Assembly: GCF_009834535.1 (NCBI RefSeq)
Contig: NC_045696.1
Coordinates: 4,838,001-4,902,000 of the forward strand
Reading direction: 5' to 3'
Length of the DNA stretch: 64,000 nucleotides
From: Camelus ferus
Taxonomy: Eukaryota
A program made the position numbers and the translations under genes. Shown piece by piece: positions 38,099-50,199 of this stretch; positions within the stretch are counted from its first letter, which is position 1, and the number at the start of each line of letters is the position of its first letter. The notes beneath the pieces were generated by a model. That model saw only the letters and a list, made by a program, of their open reading frames with translations. It made no database searches and was not told the DNA's origin.

Positions 38099-38139
38099 TT
38101 ATGATCATTTGCTATGTGCTGGATTATTGGCTACTCTCG

Positions 38140-38305
38140 TTTATTAACTCATTCACTATTCGTTCACTTGTTCACTCATTCACTCATCAACTCAATAAAC
38201 GTTTGAAAGCCTCCTGTGTGTCAGGCGCTGGTCTAGACCTTCAAGATGTCAAGATCGACATAAGACATGATCCTTGCCCTCAACAAATTTATGTTCTAGA
38301 CTAGT
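38140..38305 (-). mobile_element. L2 3' end
   Basis: (tcat)n-like tail, tgtgtcaggcgctggtctag, ccttgccctcaa..tgttctag. Confidence 0.7.
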
Positions 38306-38359
38306 TTTGCCCTGGATCGAAGCACAAGCTCTGTCTTATTGTGCTGGATCATTAAATGA

Positions 38360-38780
38360 GATTACAGCACTTTAGGGTTAAAAAGGAACCTCAGATATTA
38401 TTTTGTCCTCATTTTAAACTCAGTGACATAGTGACTTCTGCAGGTCACATGGTCAGTCTGTGGCAGAACCCAGATCCTGTGTCCCTAGGTTCCTAGTTGT
38501 GGGTCTGTTACTACTGCCAAAGATTTAAATTTTATCAGGTCCTAGACTTGAGGGCCAGACTGCCAGGGCTCCAGCTCTGACTCTTCTTCCTGGGGGTGGA
38601 ACTCGGGAAAGTCACCCCACCCCTCTGTGTCTGTTCCTCTCTTTGCAGTGGGGGTAATGATAGAGATCATGTGGGATTCTCACCAAGATTATGATGTCAT
38701 TCCTGGAAGCTTCGTGCCTGCCCCCTGGTGGGCACTTGGTAAAACTTAGCTGCTATGATGACTGCTGTTACTGTTACGTG
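38360..38780. mobile_element. Two MIR copies in opposite orientation (minus ~38360-38520, plus ~38540-38780)
   Basis: aggtcacatggtcagt..gcagaacc; ctctgtgtctgttcctctctttgcagtgggggtaatgatag..cttagctgctatgat. Confidence 0.6.
38716..38734 (-). promoter_or_regulatory. CTCF motif (reverse orientation) inside a MIR
   Basis: Reverse complement TGCCCACCAGGGGGCAGGC contains the full core CCACCAGGGGGCAG. Confidence 0.5.
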
Positions 38781-39093
38781 ACTGTGAACACCTCGTGTGG
38801 TCGAGTTTGAGATCCTCCCTTTGGGATTCTCAGGGTGGGACGTTCCACTGCAGAATGCCCCTTATTTGACAGCTGTCCTCACCATGAACCAAATGGTGAC
38901 CATGCTGTTGAATCTGCTTACACTTCTGAAGAAAGCTGTCTAGAGAGTATTTTTTAAGTTACTTAACTCCACATTCTTGAATTTGACCATTTTCAAGAAT
39001 TCTGAAAATAAATCCCTACCTTTTTAGTTAAATTCAATCCGTCCGCAGTCAACCTGTGGTGGTTGTAACACAGTAGTTCCCATAATGCAGTCA

Positions 39094-39094
<1 letters not shown>

Positions 39095-39144
<50 letters not shown>
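39095..39144. repeat. (CA)25 microsatellite
   Basis: Direct reading. Confidence 0.97.
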
Positions 39145-39147
<3 letters not shown>

Positions 39148-39273
39148 CCATTTGAAAAACAATACATCCCTTTCCTGGAAACTCAGAATTTACAGTAGCT
39201 TATTAAAGTCTCCAGAAAGTGCTGGGGTAATGAAAGCTCAATTCTACAACTTATTTGAGCAAGAAACACACCT

Positions 39274-39350
39274 CAGGGACAGCTTCATGGATATGTGACC
39301 CGTGCAGTCACACAGGGCCAAGCGATTAGAAGGACCTGGTGCTTGGCTTG
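39274..39350 (+). mobile_element. hAT MITE fragment (MER53-like)
   Basis: cagggacagcttcatggatatgtgacccgtgcagtcacacagggcc resembles the recalled MER53 5' end. Confidence 0.5.
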
Positions 39351-39604
39351 CTGGACAGAAGTGACCCCAGCCTTGTTTTGAGAACCAGAGTTCTGGGTTC
39401 TTCCCCCAAAGGACTATAACTGGTCACTTAAGCCAGAAAGTATGACTTAAGTGTAATTTGTATAAGCTAAGCATCTCAAGGGGGACAGTCCCCAAATTCA
39501 GCTTTATGAATTTCTGAGTTATAAGACTATTTTTAGGTGCATTGCCTATAATCGATCCAGCAATTGCACAAAATAGCACAAAGGTGATTTTAAAATTTTT
39601 ATAG

Positions 39605-39885
39605 TTTTGCTGGAGGGATGAACACAGATCAGTAGAACAAGATAGAGAGCCCAGAAGTAGACTCATCCGCATATGCCCAGTTCATTTTTGACAAAGATGC
39701 AAAAGCAATTCAGTGGAGGAAGGATCATCTTTTCCCTCCAGTAATTGGTGCTAGAGCCAGCAATTGGACAGCCATAGGCAAAAAAAATAAAAGAGAATAA
39801 AAAGGACCTCGACCTAAACCTTGTATCTTACACAAAAATTAACTCAAAATAGATCACAGACTTAAATGTAAAATTGTAAAACTCG
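39605..39885 (+). mobile_element. L1M ORF2 internal fragment
   Basis: agatcagtagaacaagatagagagcccagaa..tttttgacaaagatgcaaa..cacaaaaattaactcaaaatagatcacagacttaaatgtaa. Confidence 0.85.
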
Positions 39886-41749
39886 CTTTTGTTTAAAGCA
39901 TAATCCCAACTAAACCAAACCAAAAGTATAGAATCTGAAAGCCCGAAAGGGCCGTACGAGCCAGCTAGCTTGTGCTTCAGACCCAGCGGTCACAGAGCCT
40001 GCTGCCCGGTGGGCGTCCTCCCAGCCAAGGCCACTCAGCTCGGCAGCTGCGCAGCGAGGCCCCGGGTCGCACGCCGCATTGTACCTCAGTCACTGAACCT
40101 AAGAGCTGGAAAAGCCCGATTCTGGAGTAATCTCCTTCGGTCTCCGGCCTAATGTAAAGACCCCTGTCTGTGCTGGACTTTCTGTTAGAGCTGATCCGTC
40201 CCATCATTGGAAAGGTCTCCAGAGCATTGTAAGGGGAATTGTGGGTCTTTAGAGACAGGTGACCCTAGGTTCAAACTCTCTCTTCATCTTCTATGAGCCC
40301 CAATCTACAAATGAGCATAATTGTGGCTAATTTTCAACATTACGAGAAAATAACCTAACAATTGGTAGCTGGAATAGGCCTTGTAGATCATTTTGGTAAT
40401 AGTATGCTCTCCAGAAGATCTTGGTCTGATGTCTAATCAGGTATTTCTTGTGACACCCAGTGTATTGCTGATAATTAATATAAGTTTATTGAGAATAATA
40501 AATAATTATGCAAATCCAGAAGTCCTTTTCCTTCTTCATACACAGGGCCTATTGAAATTGCTTTTTTGTAATTATAATTGAGGCACTGTGGCGTTATTTT
40601 GTTTAATTATTTCCACTTGATGGCCTGATTAGGAAAATTGCTCACAGTGTTTTCCTTGCATAATGTGCCATCACCAGGAACAATTATTGGAGAGTCCATG
40701 CCCCCAGCCTCCAGCTGAGCTTCTGTCCCAAAGTGAGCATGGCCTTCCCAGCGTCCAGAAGGATTTTGAGTTCAGCCACTTGATTTCAAGCCTCTAAATT
40801 CAAATAGTCTGTTTTCAAGAGAGGCGTTTTGGTTAACCCCAAGACACTGGGAGCTGATGGACTAGTTCACATTTGCTGATATTTTAAGCTATTTCTCCAC
40901 CCCATTTTGAGGTGTGCTGACATTCTCTCTCCACCTGCCAGTTGTTTGCTCACACGTGCTCCGGCTGTGTAAGCTGAAGGGATGGCAGTTAGTTCCTTCC
41001 CCTACACGTCCATCAACGTGACGGTAAATGTATAATCTCGTGGTGAACTTTGCGAGGCAGTGTCATTTGAGAATAAGTGTTTCCTGCCACTAAATTATGA
41101 CGAGTGTGCAAATATTCCTGAGAAAGAAAATAGTGATGAAGTGGTTGGTAGGGAAAGTTACGGAGTTGCGTGGGCTGAGTAACTTAATAACTAGGACAAG
41201 AGCCCAAGGGAAGGCTGTGCTGAAGGACCCAGTTAAGAAATAAGGTGGGGTCCAATATGCCCTGAAGGTCACTGGCTTCTCCCAAGGGAAGCTGGTGGCC
41301 TTGATGTGGGGGGTCATCCAGTCCATTGTCCAGGCCAGCGCCCAGGCGGAAGGAGAGGTAGGGGAGGTGCATCCTGGTTCTGCCCCCAGCCCGCAGTGTG
41401 AGCAAGCTTCCAAGTCGCCGCTGGGTTTTAGGAAGACAGTCCTCCAAGAGAAATAAAGGCGTGTGTGGACTGGAGACGGGGGGTGTCTGCGCAGGAGCAG
41501 CGTATGAAGGGGCCGGTGCTGGGCTCTCACCGTCGGTGCCGCACAGCACCTCGAGTGGCCAGTGCTGTGCGGGCCATCTGTGCTCATTTTATTTTATTTT
41601 TGATGGCTGCATTCATGAAGGAGCAATGGGACTGATTTTTTTCCATACCTGCAAGGTGCTGATAACTGGAGACAAATAGAAAACGTGTAGTGGTGATAGC
41701 AGAAATGTTGCCTTTTACAACAGGGAGAGAAGCGTGAACCAGGAGGGCA

Positions 41750-41965
41750 CGTGTGGCCCAGGTGACAAGAACAGGCTTTGTGTTCAGAGAATTGAGTGCA
41801 AACCCCACTTGGCAGCCCTGGAATCAGGCAAGAAACTTCGCCCTCTGGACCTCAGTTTCCTCATCTGTGTCACAGAGGTGGTGAAACCTAGACCACAGGG
41901 CTGCTGAACGATGGAGGTCCAGTAGGTTGACAGGTGGTGGAATGAAGGCTACTGACTATTATTTG
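41750..41965 (+). mobile_element. MIR SINE
   Basis: ctctggacctcagtttcctcatctgt core. Confidence 0.75.
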
Positions 41966-42053
41966 CCTTTATTGTACCTGCTCATGGCTAATTTTTTGCT
42001 TCATTTATGAAAAAGGGCATTCTGCATTAAGGTTAATTAACTTTGCCCTGGGC

Positions 42054-42509
42054 CCTTGTAGGCTGAATAACGCCCCCTCTCCTCTAAAAATGTCCGCACT
42101 CTAAATTTCAGGAACCTGTGAATGTTCTCTCACATGGTAAAAGGGACTTTGCAGATGTGGTTACGTTAAGGATCTTGAGATGTAGGAAGATTATCCTGGA
42201 TTATGGGGGAGCCCTAAATGTAAGCACAAGGGTCCCTGTAAGAGGGAAGGGAGAAAGTCAACGAGGGAGCAGGTAGCTTGAGGACAGAAGCAGAGATGAG
42301 TGGTGGCCAAGGAGTCAAGGAATGTTGGTGGAAGCCAACAGCCAGAGTGTGGAAGAGGCAAGGAACAGTATCTCCCCTGGAGCCTCCAGAAAAGAACAGC
42401 ACTGCCAACACCTTGGTTTCAGATTTCTGTCCTTCAGAACCGTAGAAGAATCAATTTGCGTTGCCTTAAACCAGGTCATTGTTTACAGCAGTGAAAGGAA
42501 GCTAATGCA
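42054..42509 (+). mobile_element. MaLR solo LTR (MLT1C/D-like)
   Basis: aggctgaataacgcccc..ggaacctgtgaatgtt..aaagggactttgcagatgtg..attatcctggattat; ends ggaagctaatgca. Confidence 0.88.
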
Positions 42510-44209
42510 GCCTATTACGTGAGACTTCAAGTATTGTAGGTCGAAGTTAAATATGTGTTGACTGTGAAAGTCATCAGGTTGTAGGGGGTGACAAGTATAC
42601 TTGTGAGAAGTGCCTAAAATGCAAGATTTTTACACACTGATTTAATTCCTCTTTTACTGTAATTTATTTTCTTGAAGGAAATGAATCATGTGATGTGGGG
42701 TGTGTCTAGATGTGTATGTGCACCTGTATTGGGCCACTGTGTGGAACGGCAAGTGTCATGATACCCCACACTGAATAGGGATGTGTGTTCTAGAGCGGAT
42801 CTTGTGTTTCATGTCACACTTGGAGATACTTCTGTCTCCCTATGTAGTCCCGAGTTGTCTTAGACTCAATAAAAACACCCACAACTGCAGTTTAACAACT
42901 GGTCATAAAGTAAGGTTTGGATTCATTGTTCACACAACTGAGGGCCAGCGTCTTTGTAGAGCGTGGAGAGTGAGTAAATCTGTGCTGGAACATCTGTCTG
43001 AGGGTGAGACAGAGGAGGAACACGCCAGCCTGCTGCATGCCTAGCTCAGAGATCAAAGGAGAGTTCAGGAATTTAGGAGGCAGACTCACCATCATAAGAG
43101 ATCAAGCTGAACAGAACTCCGAGGACAGACAAAAAGGTGGGAGTGAGGCGCTTCCTCCGGGATGGACAAGGGTCGAAGTATAATTGGTAGAGAACTAGAA
43201 CCATTTAGAGTCAAAATTCATCAGATCCATATCCCTTAGAGAATTCCCTTTGGGAAAACAGGGCTTTCTGCCTAACATGTCGATATTCACCAGAAACACA
43301 ATACTTGGCTGACTTAAACAGTCGTGTCACCAATCAGATGTCACAGAAAGAAAGAACAGCGCAGCAGGCGCAACTGAGGGAGCCGGACGAGCTTTTCTTT
43401 TGTTTCGTCTGACACACTCCCTGGGTGAGGATCCCTGGCAGCCTCTGGATGGTGGAGCTGGTATGGGGGACGGGCCTTTCCTGGCCTGTTTTCCCTGCGT
43501 CTTCTGCACCGCAGAGATTTCAAATCGAAAGCTGCAAGTTGACAGAGCAGGAACCTTCATCCTCAGGGATGCAGAGGGATCCTGACGCTTACATCAAGGG
43601 GCCACTGCCTTTGGCAGATCTCTCCTACCTGAGGCCTGACCTTGGCCTTCTAGGATCGGGGTGCAATCCTCGTACTGCTCCAGATGTGATGATACTGGGA
43701 GTTGGGGAACTCTAGCTCCTGTGAACACAGCGGATGGGGGCCTCAGAGTGCTCCAGCCCGCCAGCGTGGGAACAGATGTGCCAGGGACAGTGGTCAGCGG
43801 GAAGAGGCAGGCCCTGTCCCCCTGCTGCTCCTCTTCAGGGAGGCTCGCTGCGTGGAATTGATGAGCCTGGAATGTGACGTGAGACCACATGTGACCGTTG
43901 CAAGCTGACTTATCCATGCAACTGACATTAAGTGTGCCTCCAGCCCTGGCCACGGGGGACCCAGCCCCAGACAGGATCCGTATCTCTGCACCAGCTTTGC
44001 TGGACGTGATCTTGGGCTGATCTTTTTTCTGGGGCTGCCCATGGACCTGGTCTTGCCACACTCTTGCTCCTGGGCCCATGGTTGTCTGCAAATGTAAGAA
44101 CCAACCACAAGGTTTAGAGAAGTTGTTTTTGACTAGCAGACAAAGTGATGTTTCTGAAGACCTCTAATTTATTTGAAAAGTTTAGCTTCCTTATCCTCCC
44201 TTTTGGCAA

Positions 44210-44350
44210 AAAAATACACATATATAAAATATATACATATATAAAAATATATACACATATATCCATGCATACATGATGTAGCTGACACACATTTAGCATA
44301 TATATAAACATACTCACAAGCATATTGTTCATATATACATTTGTGAACAA
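44210..44350. repeat. (TA/CA)-rich low-complexity tract
   Basis: Direct reading. Confidence 0.8.
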
Positions 44351-44608
44351 GATTTGAAGTAAATATATTTATAATTTAGTAAAACAGAAAAAAATGTTGT
44401 AATCTGATTTTAAATTATGAAGTAAACAAGAAATTTATGACAGAGAATTTTAATCCTGGCCGTAGTATTAAGTTTTTTCTTAACTTTTTACCTTAGCATT
44501 CATTTGTGACCCACTGTCATTTACTACGTGGTAGGATGACATCAATGTTGAAGTCTTAACTGTCATTATAGTCTGGAATTAGATACTTTATCTTAATCCA
44601 AAGTAAAT

Positions 44609-45062
44609 TGTATTCGTTTCCTGTGGCTACCACAACTAATTACTAAAAATTGCATGGCTTAAAACAACAGAAATTTATTCTTTCACAGTCTGGAGTCTGG
44701 AAGCCTGAAATTAAGGAGTCGGCAGGGCCATGCACACTCATTAACTCTAGGGGAGGGTCCTTCCTTGCCTCTTGGCAGCTTCTGGTGTTGTCAGCATCCT
44801 TGGCGTCCCTTGGCTTGTAGCTGTATCCCCCAGTCACGTGGCCACCTTCTCCTCATGTCTTCACATCATTTCCTGGGGTGCATGTCTGTCTGTGTCCAGA
44901 TTTCCCCTTTTTATAAGGACACTGGTCCTACTGGATTAGAGCCCACACTAATGACCTCATCTTAACTTGAAACCTCTGTAGAGGCCCTGGCTCTAAATAA
45001 ATTCATATTCTGAGGTTTTGGGATTAAAACTTTAACATATTTGGGGGGAGAAGGGACACAAC
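44609..45062 (-). mobile_element. MaLR solo LTR (MLT1C-like)
   Basis: tgtattcgtttcc..ggcttaaaacaacagaaatttattc..ttttataaggacactggtc..ggattagagcccac. Confidence 0.88.
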
Positions 45063-46563
45063 TTATAAGTTCTAAATGGAAAAAAATAAATAAATTTTAA
45101 ACAACATGCCATGCTGCTAAGGTATCTGCTCATGAATAGTGTTCCAAGTTTGGTTATCCATGCATACAAATTTTTTAAATGGAATAATTACATTTTAACT
45201 TCACATTTTTTTAAAATAAGTGATTACTTTTCATATTTGTCTATTAAAGTGGAAAACAATTTGCTATTTATAAAAGCAATGGGAAACAAATTATATATAA
45301 GATTTCATTTGCACTATTTCTCTGCATGTTTATTAGTGTTCACCCTTCACCTGACCGCACAGCCCTCCACTCTTGGATCATTGCCCAATAATATTGATAA
45401 CAGAAACATCTATAAGGTGCCATTAATAATTTTATTTTGTCACAGATTTTGGCCCAAATGGAAACCTTCAAGTTGTGTGTCCATGTTTTCAGGAATTATT
45501 TTGTCTGGAAACTGAGCTACAGCTGATTCAGAAACTGAAGGGGGATCTTTTGTGATATAAGAGCCCCAGTGCCTTTGTACTGGCTGGGATCTCCTAGTAA
45601 GTCCTACTACTTCAAGCATAGATGCAAATGTGCCCCCTTAGGATGCTCTACTCCACAAATGGCCTTATTTGAGACGTGAGCTATACCTAGCACTTCATTA
45701 AAATTGGTTAATTTTAGTGGAACATGTAGCATTGCTTAGGGATATTTATTCTTATAAACTTCTGAAATGGAGAAATCTATATTTTGTTTACACATTCCCT
45801 CTCTGTCTTTCTCTTGCCTAATGGATAATGACTCACTTAAATGTTAATGATTCTCTTTGTTATAAAAACCTGTGTACAGTATTTCTATTTAAAATGTTCA
45901 TCAGCAGAGTCAAAGTTGGAAAGAAACACCTATTTGATATAAAATGTTTCCAGAATCTCGCATATGCCACTGCCTGGTAAAGTCAGAAAAGGGTAAATAA
46001 ATTACCCAGGCAATACCTCCTATGCCCTCTGGACTTTTATGCCTTGTTAGTGTCTAAGGTTACAGAAAAAAGAAGCGGAACACTGGGGTTGCCATGGAGA
46101 CATCCAAGTCCTGTCAACACCTCTTGCTCTAATAGTGACAAATGGTACTTATTACATCAGGACTAATTTCATCGGATTCTGCTCAGATAAAGATACTTAA
46201 CCTTTACTGATAAAATTCTGTCATTATAATTACTTAGTAAAAGACCTTATTAGACAACAGTATTCTGTGTCTATGGATGCACATTTTATTGAGGTTCATT
46301 GCATATTGAGAAGGTATCTGAAAGTTTACTTTTTCTGTAAAACCTTTTACTGTTGGAAAAACCTGCAAAGAGATTTTGGTTTAGTGACTGCCTTGTTTGG
46401 AAAAAAATAAAAAGTATGATTTCTGCAAGTTGTTACTTAAAATCCTAAATAAAATATATAAAGTTTTAAAAATTAGACTTTGCATTAAGCCTTTTAAAAT
46501 AAAACTTTCTATCCATGCACATGAAATGAAAGTAGCCAAATTCCTCATACATCTTGTGGGCTT

Positions 46564-46710
46564 CATTTGGATTAAGGCCCACCCTAATGACCTCATCTCA
46601 ATTTAATTAATTACATCTGCAAAGACCTTATCTCTAAATCAGGTCACACTTTGAGGTACTGTGGATGAGGGCTTCAGCATAGAAATTTTGAGGGAAGAAT
46701 TCAACCCCTG
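46564..46710 (-). mobile_element. MaLR LTR fragment (MLT1B/C)
   Basis: ggattaaggcccaccctaatgacctcatct..ttacatctgcaaagacc. Confidence 0.8.
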
Positions 46711-46852
46711 CCAAAGTTTACACTAAGGTTCAAACCTATGATTTTCCCTGTTTCCCCAACTCTGCAGACTTCTGATCCTCCTCAGAGCAAGCAGTTTCAT
46801 GAAATTCAATCTCATTCCTTCAGCTCCTTAAGATTTCAGTTTTTTCCATCTT

Positions 46853-47005
46853 TTTTAAAAAATTGAAGTATTGTTGATTTACAATGTTATGTTGATTTCA
46901 GGTGTATAGCATAGTGATTCAATATATTTATAACTTATACTCCATTTAAAGTTACTACAAAGGAATGCCTGTAGTCCCCTGTGCTGTACCATATATCCTT
47001 GTTGC
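46853..47005 (-). mobile_element. 5'-truncated L1 3' end with 10-bp TSD
   Basis: ttgaagtattgttgatttacaatg..; TSD tttccatctt at 46843-46852 and 47006-47015; TTTT/AAGA endonuclease-type site on the minus strand. Confidence 0.88.
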
Positions 47006-48939
47006 TTTCCATCTTAAAAAAAAAAAACCCACAAGAAAAAAGTATTAATTTTCTTGATTATAAATGTAATACTTTCTCAGTTTAGCAAATTTAGAAGCAT
47101 TTGAAAAGGACAAAGTAAACAAAATCACAGACCCTCAATCACAGACCTTGAGACACAAAGTCCATGTGCGTGATTGCCTGTTTCCTCCTAGTTCTTCATA
47201 TACATAAAGACACATACTTCAAGTACGAACATACTTCATATACATACATATTTTAAAATGAGAACTAGAATTTTTACAGTTTCTTACCCAGCTTATCTCA
47301 CTAATTGGTATACTGTGATTATTTCATCAAACTATTCAATGTTCTTGAAAACACGGGTTTCATTGAGTTATATCATTATAGTTGGTCTCTTATTGCTTTG
47401 TGCTTAATGTTTTTGTTGTGCTCTATTTTTACTCATTTAATATGTCCTTTTTCTTAACTTTTTCTATATGACTACTTTCATACTCTTTCTCTAGAGATTT
47501 GAAAGGCGTGCATTCAGTACTTATTCTACTAATGTTACTTTCAAATTTTATATAGATACATGCACATGTATTTTTCTAGTGATAAATGCCCAGAACAAAA
47601 TGTATATACGTGTTTCTTGGGTGTGAGGGGAGGAATTCAGTGTCCTTTTGATTTTGTTAGTCTTTTCATGCCAGTACCTTGTTTTAATAGCAACAATCTG
47701 AGACTTTACATGATGATGATGAGAGAATTATTTAATCATTTTATTGTTTTATAAGCATATCAATAACACATATTTTTACCTAATTTATATTTAAATGAGT
47801 TTATTGTAAATCACACAATATGTTATTGAGTTTGCTGGGTGCAGAAATTTACTTAGAGGGCCGTATATTTTGCTCCATTTATAGATAACTTGTTTTGCCA
47901 GCCTATAATTAGGAGACATTTCAAAATGTCTTCAGTATATGCTTAAGAATTCTTTTATTTTCAGTAAAATTGCCTGATACCTGATACATCATGAGCTCTA
48001 TTTGAAAGCACAGGATTTGTGAGTTCCTAGTTTTTAAAAATTATGATTTCCCTTTTTTAAATTCTCAATTACTAAGATTTATGGCCAAAGTAGGTTATAT
48101 CTTCATGCCCACTTCTTAGTTTTTTAAGTACATCAGCATTTTAATTTTCACTCTTGTCAGTGAAATTTTAAGTTTTTCTTTTATCCCACTCATTCAGTTT
48201 TATGCAATATTTGATCTTCTACTTAGAATTTTTAGTTCAGTAATTATGTTTTCAGTGCCACCCAATCAATTCATCCTTATCCCAGCTTGTCCCTTCACTT
48301 CAGTAGGTTATTCTAGTTTCATATATGTAAAGCCTTCTCTATCTTGGGATAATTAAGTAGTCTCTTTCTAAAACCATCTACTTTTGTACTGTTTGCTAAA
48401 ACATTCATACCTGTGCCCGCCAGGATTGGAAGTCCTGAGCTGGAGAGGGCTTGTCTTCATTGAAAATAAATCCCATGTTCTTGTGGCTCCAGTCACACCT
48501 CACCTTTCCTGGAATGTTACAAAATTCTAGGCGAGGCTCTAGAACTATTGTAAGAATTAGATTTACAGATTGTCTAGTTTATTTGAGCATCTTCATCTTA
48601 ATTTGAGCTTTAATCAAAACTGACTGACTGATTCAAACATAATCCTTTTTAAACAGGGTGTTTTGCTCAGGTAGCATGTGAGAGTTTAGAGTAATTTCAT
48701 TTAATCCTTTTCTCTACCCAACCTTATTTTTCCTGACTTCCAAACTGGTGATAATTTGCCAGAATCGGAGATGGATAGTGTAGAAATCTGCCCAACACAC
48801 TTGATACTCTGGTCTCACTGGATCTCTTCATGGTCACAGAGAATCTTCACTCTCTCCAAAACCCCTACATTAGTAGCAGTGGTCACTCCCAAGGAAGTTT
48901 CCTCACCTTTTATTGAGATGTCTTTGTGCAGAAGAAAGA

Positions 48940-49140
48940 GCACACATGATCAAGCAAAAGATCTAGGTTTGAGTCTGCATCAGCCACTGGTTCGCTGAGT
49001 GATTCTTGGCAAAGTGGTAACCATCTGGAGCCTTGCACTTCTCGTTCATACACGGGGGTCATGATAGAGGACCGTTCTTCTTAAGAATAAAGAGATACTA
49101 TGATCTACGACAAAGTGTGCTATCTTTTACTGTTGTGACC
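48940..49140 (+). mobile_element. MIR SINE
   Basis: gatctaggtttgagtctg..gagtgattcttggcaaagtggtaaccatctggagcct. Confidence 0.65.
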
Positions 49141-50137
49141 ATCCATGTCCGTTATGCACGGTGATTTGATTTATGTGACAGGGATCTTTCTTCAGTAATC
49201 TTTGTGTTCTTTTTCTAGGTAACATTTATTAAGCACAGTGATTATTATTTGCTGAGTTAAACTGAATTAAATACACCTTATATACCTGAAAACATATCAG
49301 AAATATCTGGGCGGCTATTGTAGCTAAATTTCACCTTACAATAGTAAGATAAAGTTTTAGTTATTTACTGTCTAATACGGATATATACATGGCTGTATGT
49401 ATCTGTTTTTTTGTCTTCATCAAATATCAAATCCAGTATTATGTCAAACATAATAATTAACTTGTGGTCATGTTTCTGAAGTAGATTCTAGTGTGTTTTC
49501 CGTTGTTTTCAAAAATTCACTGGTTCTTTGCAAAATCTTTATGATTATTAAAAACCATTTATTTCTTCTGCCTTATGTCTAGAAAATGGCTTTTGATCAA
49601 CGGAAACAAAATCTGTGTGAAATATATTGGCAATGAAAAATAAAAGCAAAGATGAAAAATAGGTATTTAATCAATTCTTACAACTTTATGTGCTATTAAG
49701 ACAATAATTTTAGGGAATTCCCTACACAGTTAGAAATGGTCATAAAGGAAATGAAAATATGGACATCAAAGTCACGTGTGTAACCAGATACCTGTACCAC
49801 ATCACACCAGTGCCACCTTTCCAGATGAGAGAATACGAGACTGAAAAATCCTGAAGGAGCTTTATGCATTCAGAGTCCTTCGATTTGCACATATAATGAT
49901 AGATAATTACATGAGGAGGTCTTTAATGTTTAAATTATACAGAAATTTTTTTACAAAATTTTCATTAAATAATAATATCTTAAATGTTATATACGTTACT
50001 CTTTATAAAGGTATCCTAAATTGAAGCTGAAAGCATCCTGCTCTATAATCTGGCCACTAGAGAGTAGTGTAATACTGTACCTAGACATCATCAGGCATGA
50101 AAAATTACTGCAGTTTTTCAATATAGCATCTTTATTA

Positions 50138-50199
50138 TTTTCTTTTATTTTACTAACTCAGTCAATTCTTTTCTTTTATTTTACTAACTCGATCAATTC
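50138..50199. repeat. 31-bp tandem duplication
   Basis: ttttcttttattttactaactc(ag/ga)tcaattc, twice. Confidence 0.9.
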
